Assembly (NCBI RefSeq): GCF_006345805.1
Contig: NC_043017.1
Location: 15,748,001-15,812,000, forward strand
From: Octopus sinensis
Lineage: Eukaryota
Length of the DNA stretch: 64,000 nt
Reading direction: 5' to 3'
Part shown: in pieces, positions 51,155 to 64,000 of the stretch
Layout of the letters: each line of letters opens with the position of its first letter
Position numbering within the stretch: the first letter of the stretch is position 1
Translations under genes and position numbers: made by a program
The notes under the pieces: generated by a model
What the model was told of the DNA's origin: nothing
The model's input: the letters and a program-made list of their open reading frames with translations, nothing else
Databases searched by the model: none

Positions 51155-52692
51155 TAGGGCCTGTCAAATTACGTTTCAAACCCCTGCTGATGAAAGGCAA
51201 ATATTCGTTACTTCATCAGCTACAGAATGCTTAATTAGCACAGTGACAGTATTTAGTAACCACACAACTATCCCTTCACCCATTTATTTAGTGACCAATT
51301 AATCTATTTGCACAATTGTCACTGCCCCAGTGGTGTGTCGTCTATCATCACATTCAACTAATTCCATTATCTTTCTCATCTCATAGGTTTGTGTTTTTAG
51401 GACAGATGTGACTGGACATTACAGTAAAGACCATCTCAGTGGTCCTCAATTGGGGTCCATATGGCCCTTGGCCAAGGCCCATATATATTGGTTATACTTC
51501 GATAATGCACCAAATATTTTAACAATTCTTTTTATACAACTAATAATTTTCAATTATAAAAGTATATAGGGATTTTTTTCAACATTGAATAGTTTCAAGG
51601 GTCCAGTTGAGTAAAACAGGAATCAGAGGGATTCATAGGTGGATAAGGGTTCAGAACAGCTCATCTATAACCACCATCTGTTTTTTTAAGGCCCTAAATT
51701 AAGGTTTATCAGCCTATTATGATGGTTCTCTTAGTAAATCATTTTTTCTTTTTTGTAACCCTTTACAAAGGAACTAATTTTTTCTGCTCCCTGAACAATA
51801 AACCAGCCTCTAACTCCCTTCTTTGACTCAGTTTAGTACAGCTGAAGGGTATCGACATTAATGTTGTCATAAAATGAATTGCAATGTCTCAATATTCACC
51901 TCTTGTGATGTAAATAAATATTGAGAAATAGAATTGAAAGGGACTTGAGGAAGATAGAACAAAAACAAATTACCCACAGACAGAGGAACAAAGGTGACAG
52001 TAGGTTGCTGGCTTCTGGAGCAAGCCCTTAGTTCTTCCCTATTGATAACTTTGGGGAGAGATTAAAGCAGGTGATGGGGTTTGTTGTTGCTCTTTCTTTT
52101 CTGCTTAGAACCAGGCCCAGGGTGTGGTAAAAAGATGTTGTTTAACCCTTGGGTTATTGCAGTTTGTTGGTGTTGCCATTTCTGTGCCCTTCTCTGCTGC
52201 ATCTCTTATCTCTGTGTGAATGTACATGTGTGTGGGCGCACGCACACACACACACACATGTGTATAACTTGTCCTTTTATGTCTGCTTTAATGCTGGTAT
52301 GGGTTGGACTGGTTGTTATTCAAGTTAGTCTCAGTTGGTTTCTATTCAAGGTTAGACTTTCCTACAGGAGCCAAGGGAACTATGTCATACTTAAGCATTC
52401 CAGTGTGTGTGAGTAGACACACAAAAGTATATACGCTCAAACATTCAGATAAAACAGTAAACACCACGTAAAATATATATGCACACAAACACACCACTCT
52501 ATATCTACATATAAAACTACACACAACAGAATTATGAATAAATTTTACACACACACACACACACACACACGTCTAGTTCACCAGATAAAATATTTACCTT
52601 CTCCTCTTCCAATTTTGTGATGTATATTTTTAACCATTTTATTTTCCTTGTATATTTATGTTCAAAATGAATTCTTTTCTTTCTCCCTGCAG

Positions 52693-52738
52693 TTATGGCA
52701 GACTGCCCACATACCATTGGTGTGGAGTTTGGTACAAG
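52693..52738 (+). CDS. RAB14: Rab14 coding exon 2 ((F)MADCPHTIGVEFGT(R), switch I)
   Basis: Acceptor CCCTGCAG, donor GTAAC at 52739. 46 nt, phase 1 in and phase 2 out, continuing exon 1 in frame. Confidence 0.98.
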
Positions 52739-54544
52739 GTAACCTACTACTACTACTACCTTTTGTTTGTTTTACACTTTTTCAGTGAACAACTGTTGTG
52801 GATGTAGTGTGTGTGTGTGTGTGTGTGTGTAATATACAAAATGCTTATGCTAATGTATTAGTACAGACTGGTTTGTAAGACGTTTGCTTTTTACACACAC
52901 ACAGACCTGCACATTGTATATATACCACTATAGAATAATGTGTGTGTGTGTGTGTGTAAAATAGTGCCTCAGTAATATATTTGTTTGACCCATGCTAGAA
53001 TGGAAAAAAAAGAAGCAAATGTGCACACACACATTTATGGATGGAACTTGTTAGAAGTGTTGTTGTTAGGTGAGCGACTTCAATACAGTTGATTGTTCAG
53101 TGCCACAATACCATTGAAGCGCAAGAGAGAGAGAGAGAGACTGGTTTTAGCTGTAAAGAACCGAACCAGTTGTGCATTACTTTACATAGGATGTGTTGGT
53201 GGGTGGGCGGGTGGGTGTATTTGATGGATCAATATACCTGATTGGACATCCAACAGTAGAGACATTCGTGTGTGTGTGTTGATGTATGACTGTCTGTATT
53301 TGATTTATCAATATATCTGATTGGACATCCTAGAGACATCTTCTCCTATCTGTTGACCATTACACAAACACACACACACACAACAGTTTTGCTGCATCTA
53401 TGGCTTGTACAGTTGATATATCAATATATCAGAATGGACATAGAACAGTAAGGGAGGGAGGATTGTGTTAATGTATATATGTGGTTGTATTGGGAAGCTC
53501 GGAGCATTTGAAAGGACGTCCGTGACTCACCTTCTCACATCTATGGATCAGGCTCATCCATCTGAAACAGATTCACTTCAAGTCATTGAAGGGTAGGAGG
53601 AAGGAAGGAAGGAGTCTAAGACGATGCTTGGCCAGAGGGGTTACAACTGGGTGCCCAGGGTGTTAAACCAGGGTATAGATTTAGGCTGCAACCCAACAAC
53701 AGGGTCTTAGACTCCTTCTACCTTATTCTATTGACACAGTTACTGTAGAAGACATTCAACCAAAGTGCTGTGCACTGGAATTGAACCTGAAACCATGTAA
53801 TTTATATTTTGAGATGCGCTTTTTTATAGATGTGGAGTTACCTCCCTTGTTAACAGTACATGAGAGAAACTGGGTGGGGTGGGGGTATAAATGGTGACCT
53901 CTTAAAATACCTGCGGAGGAGACTCTGCTGCAGGGGTACAACACAACTCAAACATTGATACACGATGTTCATTGGGGTGTCTCTTCTTCTGCAGATGATG
54001 TTACCCGAATAGCAATCTTTGACACGAATCCGTTCCTTCCATAGTTGAGCCTTAAACTTATTAACCACACAGCCTGCCCTCGTTTCAGGGAATAAAAGGG
54101 GTTCAGAAGTGAGAAGAAGATCTGCTTTGTGTCCCTGTAGCCCCTGCCTGCCTTCTAAACCCGTCAGGGCTTTCTCTCTCCCATGCGGTTTCTGGTTCAG
54201 TCCCATTGCATGGTACCTTGGCCAAGTTCTTCAACTGAAGCTTTGTCATTGCAATCGGGTTGACTAAACCTGTTCGATTTTTGGGTGACTTTATCGATGG
54301 TTTATTCTGGTCTGGGGATCACTTCCTCCTTCCCTCCACTCTCAGATCACCTGAAAAGCTCAGGACCCTCTCCTTCGGCCTTTTACTGAATTATACACCC
54401 ACGCTTCTAACATTCACCAAGATGTAGTAATGCATGCACATGCATGTACATACTTACACACAGCACCACACACACACACACACACACACACCTCCTCCTG
54501 CAATCATTCTATCCCTCCCTTTTTATTTGTATTTAAATTTTTAA

Positions 54545-54688
<144 letters not shown>

Positions 54689-55669
54689 TAAATCTTGAGC
54701 AAGTCTCTCTCTATTCCTATCTCCATGTACTGCATGAAATCTTCTCAAACAATTAAAGAGTGACTTTTATAAATGTCTGGACTGAGAAACCTCAGTAAAT
54801 TGGCCCCAGTCTATTACTGATGCTGACTAGATAGCAGAAGTGTAGAGGAATGAATAGACCCTAGTGTATAACTGGTACCAATTCAATCTCTAAATATCAT
54901 TGTTTAACATCCGCTTTCCATCGTAGCATGGGTTGGACGGTTTGAGATGAAGCTGGGAGCTGTCCAGGCCCCATTTGTTTGTTGTGGCATGGTTTCTATT
55001 ACCGATTGCCCTTCCTAATGCCCACCACTTCTTGACAGTGTGTGCTGGATGCTTCTCACGTGCCACCAGCATGGATGCATCTGCACAGCACCGGTGCAGC
55101 AGCACTGACACAGGTTAAATCTTGTTAGACACACAGTCCTCTGTTCTCTCATTTCTGACAGAGGATCACGACCAAGCTGGGGCATCACCTTTTAAGGATG
55201 CTTTTGGTTATATTGATCCTGGTATTTATTTCATCTTCCTCAGAATGATGAAACACAAACTTGACTTGGGTCGGATAAACAATAATGCCGGCTCTGGAAT
55301 TGGTGGTGGTGGTCGTGGTGGTGCAGGGCAGGATACTTAGAGTTCTTTTTATTAACAGCTGATTGATGATTGATAAAAATTTAATGACAGATGATTAAAG
55401 ATGTGATTGATAAAAGAAGCTTAATGACAGATGATTGATAAAAGATAAAGATTAAAAAGTTAAATGATTGATAAATGATTTACTTTTATAGTATTGAAAA
55501 GAGCCTTTATCTAGAAAACAGATGATTGAAGACTCTTGAAATGAGTTGGGGGGTGGGGCAAGGAATGGAAACTAATTCTGTGGAGTGAGCATGGCTGGAC
55601 ACATACTCGCGTCCCTCTCCGTCCTTCCGTCTGCAAATGTCCTAAAAATACTGAGGTGTTCTGTTGCAG

Positions 55670-55736
55670 GAGAAGTACATACAACCATTTAAGCAGTTGG
55701 TTAACGGATGCCAGGAATTTAACAAATCCTAATACG
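55670..55736 (+). CDS. RAB14: Rab14 coding exon 4 ((R)RSTYNHLSSWLTDARNLTNPNT)
   Basis: Acceptor TTGCAG, donor GTAAGT at 55737. 67 nt, phase 2 in and phase 0 out. Confidence 0.98.
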
Positions 55737-56391
55737 GTAAGTGGTGCCAGTCTCTTTTAATTCTTTTACATCTCCACCATCACTGCAAGTTTTTGTGATT
55801 GATTGACCTATGAGAAATAGCAGCCAAATCTCCCTCAAACCACATTTTACTCTCTTATATAAAGGATGCTGTTGATAATTTTGTCCAGGTGTCTACTATT
55901 CTTAAGAGTCAAAGAAGTTTGGTCATGGTTGGAATGATCTTTGTCAATGTAGTTGCTGTATCAGAGTTGGCCTAGGGTTATATAGCACCACCCCTTCTCC
56001 TGTCCCCCCCTCACTCTCTACTGCAATCTGTCTTCTCTGGAAGCTGTCTGTTGTTGAATGTATGTTGAGCTGGGTGTATATAGTATCATGTATGTATCTT
56101 AGACCTGTACTATGTAGTTGGTGTGGATAACCCCTAATTAAACCTATGGTCAAAGACACTCCAGCCAGGACCATCCTGTTTTAATATAGCCATCTGCTTT
56201 TCATCTGTCTTTATGCTCTGAGTTCAAATTCCGCCATGGTCGACTTTGCCTTTCATCCTTTCAGGGGTTTATAAATTAAGTACCAGTTGCATACTGGGGG
56301 TCGATCTAATCGACTGCCCCCACCCTCAAATTTCAGGCCTTGTGCCTAAAGTACAAAAGAATATAGCCATTTGCAACTATGTCTTCTGATG

Positions 56392-56636
56392 CTGTGATTC
56401 TCAACCATTTTTCACCTGTGGACCCCTGTGGTTCCTATTTTACTCCAGTGGACCCTCTTAGGCATTTGACATGTAAAAAAGTCCCATTATATTTTTAGAA
56501 TTAAATATTTTTAGGAATTGTATTGAAAAATATTGTTAAAACATTTTGTTTATTGATGAAGCAGAGTCAATTTATTGCTGATAAATTTTAACAAAAATGG
56601 CCCAAGGGCCCGATTGACTTCGGTTGAGAATCACTG
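56392..56636. mobile_element. hAT-like MITE, older
   Basis: TIRs CTGTGATTCTCAACC and GGTTGAGAATCACTG. No clear TSD. Confidence 0.6.
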
Positions 56637-57013
56637 ATTTCATATGTTCTTCTGTTGGGATGTAATTTGAGAAGGATTTGGCTACTCTTTCTAGCAGGTT
56701 GTGTGACTACATAAAGATTGTCTTATGCTGGTACAAAACACAAGTTTACATTGAAATACACGTACACAAATTTACATCACAATACTATTCACACACACAT
56801 AGTTCAATATTATTTACATACACACACAGAGTTCACATTATTACTTAACTGCATGCACACACACAACAACAACAACAAGTTATACTCACAAAAATCCCAT
56901 TACAGAGCTATTAAACACCCGCCCACCCCAATCTGTTGTGTGGGTGTATATTCCACAAAGTTACTTGTAGTTGAAATGTAAACTAATTAATCTCCAATAT
57001 TTGTATTGATTAG

Positions 57014-57101
57014 GTTATATTTTTGATTGGCAATAAATCAGATTTAGAAGGACAAAGAGATGTTACATATGAAGAAGCTAAACAGTTCGCTGAAGAAAAT
57101 G
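57014..57101 (+). CDS. RAB14: Rab14 coding exon 5 ([30 protein letters not shown]4 NKxD)
   Basis: Acceptor TTAG, donor GTAAG at 57102. 88 nt. GNKSD motif. Confidence 0.98.
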
Positions 57102-57603
57102 GTAAGTTATTCCTTCTCTTTAGTGTTGTTGCTGCAAGTGGGGAGAACTATTGCAGCCTCCCTCCCCCCCCCCTCTGTTCTTTATGTCAAGTCGTCTCCA
57201 ATCTTGTGACTGGGTTGATTGGCAGTGGGGTGAGGGGTTCTTTGGGGTAAACAGTTTTGAGTATTTGGGGTGATGGACGAATAGTAGTTCACAAAGTAAT
57301 CCCTTGCTTGAAAAAACAAATAAGGGTTGGTGACAGCAAGAGCATCTGGCTGTAAAACAGGGTTTTGAATAATATGTTGGTCCAACCCATGGAATAATGG
57401 ATGTAAAACAAACATTTGTATGGCTGTGGCGTCTGTTCACATGCAGGTGTGTGTGTGTGCACATGCACATACATATAGTCACAGCTAAGCATTCATATAT
57501 ACAGTGTGTATATATGTAGAGAGAGAGAGGCAATTACATTCATGTGTATATATGTTAATAGATGATCACTACTATCTGTGTGTATATACATATATATATA
57601 TAT

Positions 57604-57775
57604 ATATTCTGTTGTGTCTGGGGAGAGCCATTCTCTTTTAGTGCCTTATAATGTAACACACTCACCGGTAAAATTTCCTCTTATTTTTTATTTTCTAAAA
57701 TTTTCGTTGCGTCTTGCAACCTTTTCAGTAGTCTTGACTAAAAGAGAATGACTCTCCCCAGACACAACAGAATAT
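57604..57775. repeat. Inverted repeat of about 38 bp bracketing a 95-nt spacer
   Basis: ATTCTGTTGTGTCTGGGAGAG..ATTCTCTTTTAGT pairs with ACTAAAAGAGAATGACTCTCCCCAGACACAACAGAAT. Confidence 0.88.
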
Positions 57776-57964
57776 GCTTCAACATACGAACTCATATAAA
57801 GAATCTTGCAAACCAAAAACGAAATATTTATAATGTCAGTGTATATATGTGTATATAAATAAAACTGTGCTCATTAAAATCTGAAGCAGTGTACACAATA
57901 TGTGTACATAATTCACCAGTGATTTGAACCTGTTTCTAATGTTTTCTGACCTCTTCTCTTCCAG

Positions 57965-57995
57965 GTTTAATGTTCCTAGAATGTAGTGCTAAAAC
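57965..57995 (+). CDS. RAB14: Rab14 coding exon 6, 31-nt micro-exon ((G)LMFLECSAK(T), G5)
   Basis: Acceptor CTTCCAG, donor GTAAGT at 57996. Phase 1 in and phase 2 out. Confidence 0.97.
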
Positions 57996-58840
57996 GTAAG
58001 TAATCTGTCGTTATCATTGATTATCACTGTTCTTAATTACTGACTGATTCACTGTCACTGTTAATTCACACTGACAGAGACAAGCCTTCTATCCATTGGA
58101 CCAGTCTCGTTTTGGCCCATTTGACCATTTCATCCTACATCTCATTTGTTTGAGTCAGTTTCTTGTGCCAGCTGGGTTACCCCTGGCCAGTTTCCTCTAA
58201 TGGTCAGGGAGACTGTTGTGTCAGGGGCCCACACATAACGCAGTGTAATGATTCTCCAACCAAGACGCTACAACCTGCACACAACACTACTCGCACTGCT
58301 ACCTTACATCATACACAATACACAACACCACTTATGCTGTTACCCAACACCGGGACATCACAAGGGAGAACACTTATCCATACCTTGTGCTTCCCAATAA
58401 GCCTTAATGCACTAAAAACGTTTTCCTGGATATACACTGCTGAAAATTAGGGTGCATTTAATACACCCTCATTAAATATGGTATGTCCCTTAAGATTAGC
58501 TCAATCATTAGAGACAAACACACTCCTCACTTTGTAATGACTCTGAGCATAAGAAAATATTCTTCTGCTTCAAAGACACGAAAGCTTTAAATTCCTAGTG
58601 CTCTGTTTTATACAGTTGTGTGTATGTATGTATAAATATATATATAAATACACACACACAACTGTATTCATTGCTGTTGAATAATTGTAAATGTTGTCCT
58701 CGTCTAAATATTACCTCTGTTTACTAAATTATACCCTGAATTTAGTTATAATTAATTGGAAATTATTTTGGATTTTTTTAAAAATCTTAAAGTTTATTAT
58801 GGGGAGGCATTTTCTATCATGGTTACTTGGACTATTTATA

Positions 58841-58914
<74 letters not shown>

Positions 58915-59175
58915 CACACACACACATACTCATAGTCACACCATCAGTAAATATTCTTATCTTAAAATTATTGGAAAATAACTTATCTATTTATTTATCA
59001 GGGTAGGCAGTTTATTTTACCCACCCAGGCACCTGGTGTGTGTGTACATACTTTTCAGCCAATCTTCTAATATTGGCTATAAAAATAGACATGTGGTTTG
59101 GTTTGTAGAAAATTGAATCTAATTATTGGTCTATGAAATAACATTTAACAAAGTAATTAATGTGTGTTATTTCAG

Positions 59176-59244
59176 TGGAGAAAATGTAGAGGATGCTTTT
59201 CTGGACACAGCTAAAAAAATTTACCAAAATATTCAAGATGGAAG
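59176..59244 (+). CDS. RAB14: Rab14 coding exon 7 ((T)[22 protein letters not shown])
   Basis: Acceptor TTTCAG, donor GTAAGT at 59245. 69 nt. Confidence 0.98.
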
Positions 59245-60437
59245 GTAAGTGACTGTGAATGAATTATTGCAAGTTAGAGTTGATAGGTGGATGTTGTTGT
59301 TGCTGTTGCTGTTGGAACGTAAGTTCAAATATTGTTAGAAGGATTGGAGTTTTAGATGAAGTTGTATTAACCTTGTTCTGGCCCCGAAGAGTATGAAGCA
59401 TTTTGGCCCCATCAGGGATTCAATTTGACATCAAATGGCTTATCCCTGGAACCGTTTGGCACTGAAAATTCTATAAACTTTTAATCCTAACTCCAATAAT
59501 TTGTTTGTGACGGTTGAACGAAATATCAAACAGAAAAGAAAATGTTCTCAGGATGGATTTCTGTGCATTTTTGACAAAGTAGAACTTACGAGGAATTACA
59601 ATGTTTGCACTTTGAGCAGAAAAAAAAAGGGAGAGAGTGAAACCTTAAGATGAATTAAACTACCCTGGTTGCTACAAACACATCTCATTCTGTGTTTATT
59701 TTGTGAAGAGGGGAAGTGTTTGTGGCATTTAATACATTTTCATGTTGCTTTCATTCTCTCTCTTTTTATATTTTGGCATGTTTGCTGCCAGTACCCAAAC
59801 TATCAGCCAATAATCCCAAACTGGTTCCTTGTCCAGTGAGCCATGTCAGATGACCATAAATCCATCATCTCACTCATTGCACTGTCCCTGGGACACATTC
59901 GAAAACTACATCAATCCTCCATTGCTCAACAAAACTCAACCTCGTAAGTGGCTGAGTATTCCAAAGACACTATCTGCAAAACTCAGCAGGTCTCTGTATG
60001 ACAAGGTTGGCTCCTTTCATTTCCCGGTGCCTTCCATTTTTTATTGTAGTGTAGGTGGCTGAGTATTCCACAGACACTTCTCACAGCATGACACAGTGAT
60101 CTTTGTGCTGGCCTCTTGAAATACACCTCCAAACCATCCTTAGGGCTTCCTCAAGTTTCCCTCACAAGACTTGGGTCAACTTGAAGCCATACTAAAAGAC
60201 CCTTGACCAAAATGCCATGCTGTATGATTGAACCCAGCACCTTTCCATTATGAAGTACATCCCCGAACTACTTAGCCCTGCCTCTATCTATTTTGCTTCA
60301 AGCACATAAGCAGCCACTCACAAGGCTTTGGTCAGTCTGGGGCCTGAGTAGGAAATCCTTACCTCATGTGCCATGCTGTGAGACGGAACCAAAAATCTAC
60401 AGGGAAGCAAATGGTAGAAACTGAAAGAAGCCCATCA

Positions 60438-60477
<40 letters not shown>

Positions 60478-61529
60478 TCCTTGTCTTAATAATTGTAAAT
60501 AAGTCACCATCACACGTTTGATGTCCAATTTTCTGTGGAAAACCTGTCTGACCCTTGGGAAATATTGTCTTACCTGGAAATAGGTGAGGGTTGGTGACAG
60601 GAACAGCACCTGGCCATCAAGACCCTGCCTCAGTGGATTCTATCTTCCACCCATAACATCCACTTTTCCTTATGAAAATTAAATAATGTTGATGATGATG
60701 ATGATGATGGTGTGTAGGTATGAGAAGGGGAGGGGAGTATCCTTAGTCACGTTGCCAAAGTGTTTTTGTCTGAAGAAATGCTGTTCTTGTAAAGTTGTAA
60801 AGAGTTATTCCCCCTTAATAAGAAATGCAAAATCCAATTCTGGGAGTTGTCTGTGGCCATAATTGGTTCTACTTTGGATGGGAGAATGGTAAAAAAAGCC
60901 ATTGGGGATAACTGGAGAAATGAAGCAGCTGTCATGTGAACCCTGCCAAAAAAAAAAAAAGAGAGAGAGAGATGTCACAATTATTTCCAGATGAAATACA
61001 ACTTTGTTGTTAGTTGAGTAATTATGGAGTGACCTGATCGATTAACCTGGATGTGTATGGTGATGGAGGAGGAGGATGCAGTGTCGGGAAATGTTTCAAG
61101 TCAATCGATTCTCTGGATAAAAGGATTTGAAGTCTTTTTAAAAAGTGCAGACATTGAAATAAATTTGTTTTATTATTAAATTATAATTGAGTGATTGGAA
61201 TTGTTTCTGGTTAAGTGAAGGCTGCTGAAGATTTAACTGAAAGGTTTATATACCATACCAGAGGTTTCTGATAGATTCTTCTTCCATATTTATCACATCA
61301 CCTCTAGATTTTATCCTGTTGCTGTTATATTTCACAATTCTCTCTCCTCCCTGTATGTGTATGTTTGGAGACACACACACACACATTCCCGACTCAAAAT
61401 TCATAACCATTGATTGTGTAATAAATCTACTCCCTTAGTATTTTAGGAATAATTTTCATTTTATTACAATTTTCTTATCTATACTTTTGATACTTTGAAT
61501 ATTTTTTGAGATGTGTGTGTGTGTATATA

Positions 61530-61595
<66 letters not shown>

Positions 61596-61597
<2 letters not shown>

Positions 61598-62340
61598 GGC
61601 TGTGGTGAATAAACTGTCACTAAATTATGTTAAAATGAAAATAACACTGACATCTCATTTTAACAGATATATTTACCAAAATTACATAAAAATATCTTGA
61701 AATGCTAAAGAATAAATTTATTCCAGATGACTTCGGAATCTCGTGCAACTCTTCTGGATGGTCTCCTTGTTTGTTTAAGTTGTTGAATGTTGCCATAATC
61801 CTTGCCTTCATTTCATCTTTGGTGTTAAAAAGGAGTCTTGTTGGTTTCACGCTCAACTGCACCCTACACATAATAATCAAGGGAGTTGCAGTCTGGGGAG
61901 TTAGGGGTGATGTGGTTGCAGAAATTGTCTGACAGCCATGACTGGGTTCTCCTGCTTGTGTGGCATGGTGCAGAGTCTTGTTGCCAGACATAGGGTCTTC
62001 CAGCAGCCATCCACTTGACCCAGGGCAGCACTACCTCCTCCAGGCACTTGATCTAGGCCTCCGTGTTGAGTCTGAGGCCATGTGGGAAGATGAATGGAGG
62101 CATAATGTTGCCATCACTATTGATCACTTCAAACACCATGATGTTGACTGGATGTTTGATTTTTATCACTCTCAGTACATGTCCTCAGACTGGCACCCAA
62201 ACACTCTCAAATGTTTGTATTGAAGCTTCTGGCACAAATGCCAAGCAATACAGCATGTTGCTTACAAGTTTCTGGCAGAGTGAATTGTGTTATGATGCTG
62301 TTTTTTCACTGACGGTGCCCTACTGACCCTACTATACTGT
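61596..62340 (-). mobile_element. Tc1/mariner transposase relic (maT/DD37D-like)
   Basis: KHPVNIMVF...MPPFIFPHGLRLNTEA*IKCLEEVVLPW...YVWQQDSAPCHTS...SPDCNSLDYYV*GAVE...NTKDEMKARI, with two stops. Confidence 0.88.
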
Positions 62341-62390
62341 GTAGTCAACAAAATGAAAAACAAACAATACACATGCACAATATATATATA

Positions 62391-63156
62391 TGGATATGTA
62401 ATGTCAGTGTTCATACTCGACAGAGTGTAAGTACCTTGAGAGAAAAGTTGGACATAAGCATCAGTTGTGGTGTGCAAGAGAGACGTTTGCGCTGGTATGG
62501 TCATGTGGCGAGAATGGATGAAGATAGTTGTGTGAAAAAGTGCCACACCCTAATGGTTGAGGGAACCTGTGGAAGAGGTAGACCCAGGAAAACCTGGGAC
62601 GAGGTGGTGAAGCACGACCTTCGAACTTTAGGTCTTACTGAGGAAATGACTAGAGACCGAGACCTTTGGAAGTATGCTGTGTGTGAGAAGACCCAGCAGA
62701 ACAAGTGAGACCATAACCCGTGGCCTCTATCTGGGATGTAGCCAGTCCACTTATGCATACCTTTCCTTCTTGGGACATAAAACTCCACTAGTGAAGACCT
62801 GTTGAGGCAAGTGAAAATCGAAATCCTAATCGATCAACATCAATGGAATTTGTAGCTGTGATACCAGTGCCGGTGGCACGTAAGAGAACCATCCGAACGT
62901 GGCTGTAGCCAGCGTCGCCCTGACTGGCCTCCGTGCAGGTGGCACGTAAAAAGCACCATCCGATTGTGGCTGTTTGCCAGCCTCATAAAAAGCACCCACT
63001 ACACTCACAGAGTGGTTAGCGTTAGGAAGGGCATCCAGCTGTAGAAACCCTGCCAGATCAGACTGGGCCTGGTGCAGCCTTCTGGCTTCCCAGACCCCAG
63101 TTGAACCATCCAACCCATGCTAGCATGGAAAACGGACGTTAAACGATGATGATGAT
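62391..63156 (+). mobile_element. 5'-truncated RTE LINE: ORF C-terminus, 3' UTR and (GAT)n tail
   Basis: RLRWYGHVARMDEDSCVKKC...GRGRPRKTWDEVVKHDL, stop at 62706-62708, tail GATGATGATGAT at 63145-63156. Lies in RAB14 intron 7. Confidence 0.92.
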
Positions 63157-63420
63157 ATATATATATTTAATTTCAAGACCACAATTCTCAGAAAATATTA
63201 ATACATTATTGAATCTAGAGTAGATATATTATGAATGTAAGCAACATTTCGAGTTTCCTGCCTTTCTTCAAGGGCAAGTACTGTGTGTGTGTGTGTGTAG
63301 CATCTTATGTTCCCGAGTCTTATTAAATGTTTCCCCTGTGATATGAGATGTGAAACTTTACCGTAAATACTTTTTGTTTCTCTGTTGCTTCTTAATGCCA
63401 TTTTCTGTGTCTCTTTGCAG

Positions 63421-63526
63421 TCTTGACCTGAATGCTGCCGAGTCCGGAGTACAGCACAAACCGTCAGCTCCCCGTAATGCTCTTAATACAGACCAAGCCC
63501 CAAGCAAAGAGGGCTGTGGTTGCTAG
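63421..63526 (+). CDS. RAB14: Rab14 terminal coding exon 8 ((S)[34 protein letters not shown])
   Basis: Acceptor TTTGCAG at 63420, TAG at 63524-63526. CXC geranylgeranylation motif. The exons sum to 645 nt, or 214 aa plus stop. Confidence 0.98.
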
Positions 63527-64000
63527 CCTTAACAACTAGTGTGCTATCAACGTGGTGTGTAATTACATCAACATAGAAACACTCTTCTACAACTGGACGA
63601 TGAATGAGGACACTTATTGAGTGTGAGTGAGGGAGAGTGTGTGTTTGAGTGAGAGAGTGAGTGGGAGTGAGAAAGGATGACAAATTGAACAACCATTCCA
63701 TGTTCTGCCAATGTTGTGTGCAGAAGTTCCCAAATATTGTGGATAGTAGGTGCTAGATGGCGGGGGAAACCAGCAAAACCTGCACTGACCAGCAACACTG
63801 ACCACTTCAATGTTGACCTCCTGCAAAATCTTGCTGCTGTCTACGTGTAACTGGGCATCTAGGGACAGCTCTTCAATTTTTGATTTTGTTTTTTTTTTAA
63901 TCCTTTTATGTGGCTTTTTTGTTTTTGTTTGTTTTTCTTTTGTGTATGTGTGTGTGTGTGTTGTTTATCTTCTTCCCTCTGTGCGTGCATGTGTGTGTGT
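63527..64000 (+). other. RAB14: RAB14 3' UTR, probably continuing beyond the window
   Basis: Follows the stop codon. I saw no AATAAA before the window end. Confidence 0.75.

Noticed and set aside
51186-51220. GCTGATGAA...TTCATCAGC hairpin with a box C-like TGATGA in RAB14 intron 1
   Set aside because: No box D at a suitable distance and no hammerhead GAAA module.
53850-54420. 118-aa minus-strand ORF in RAB14 intron 2, possibly an L1/Tx1 relic
   Set aside because: No motif I can name, and the ORF begins in a SINE head.
57700-57735. Minus-strand CTGAAAA-GGTTGC..GCAAC-GAAA hammerhead-like motif
   Set aside because: C3.A8 mismatch, an extra base before stem II, and no stem I pairing.

Overview
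AT-rich, microsatellite- and SINE-dense animal genomic DNA. The repeat families suggest an octopus (coleoid cephalopod), which is my inference. There is one 100-N gap at 26348-26447. The only protein-coding gene I can establish is an intact 8-exon RAB14 on the + strand (CDS 50936-63526, 214 aa, C-terminal CXC), with all splice sites and phases traced by hand. The rest is mostly transposon debris: RTE and R4/Dong-like LINE fragments, a Penelope-like GIY-YIG relic, a Tc1/mariner transposase relic, hAT, piggyBac and mariner MITEs, Helitron-like termini, three tRNA-derived SINE families, a 127-bp minisatellite and kb-scale AT satellites. The most notable signal is three unrelated minimal type-I hammerhead ribozymes (24626-24668 +, 26219-26263 -, 49111-49156 -). 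The first carries a U3:A8 compensatory core and lies in a terminally redundant 339-nt unit with nested inverted repeats, resembling a retrozyme or Penelope-derived circular RNA. Also noted: a CpG-rich segment with splice donors on both strands (possible RAB14 leader and a divergent transcript), a possible unrecognised minus-strand multi-exon gene, and several long fold-backs. Repeat boundaries are approximate.
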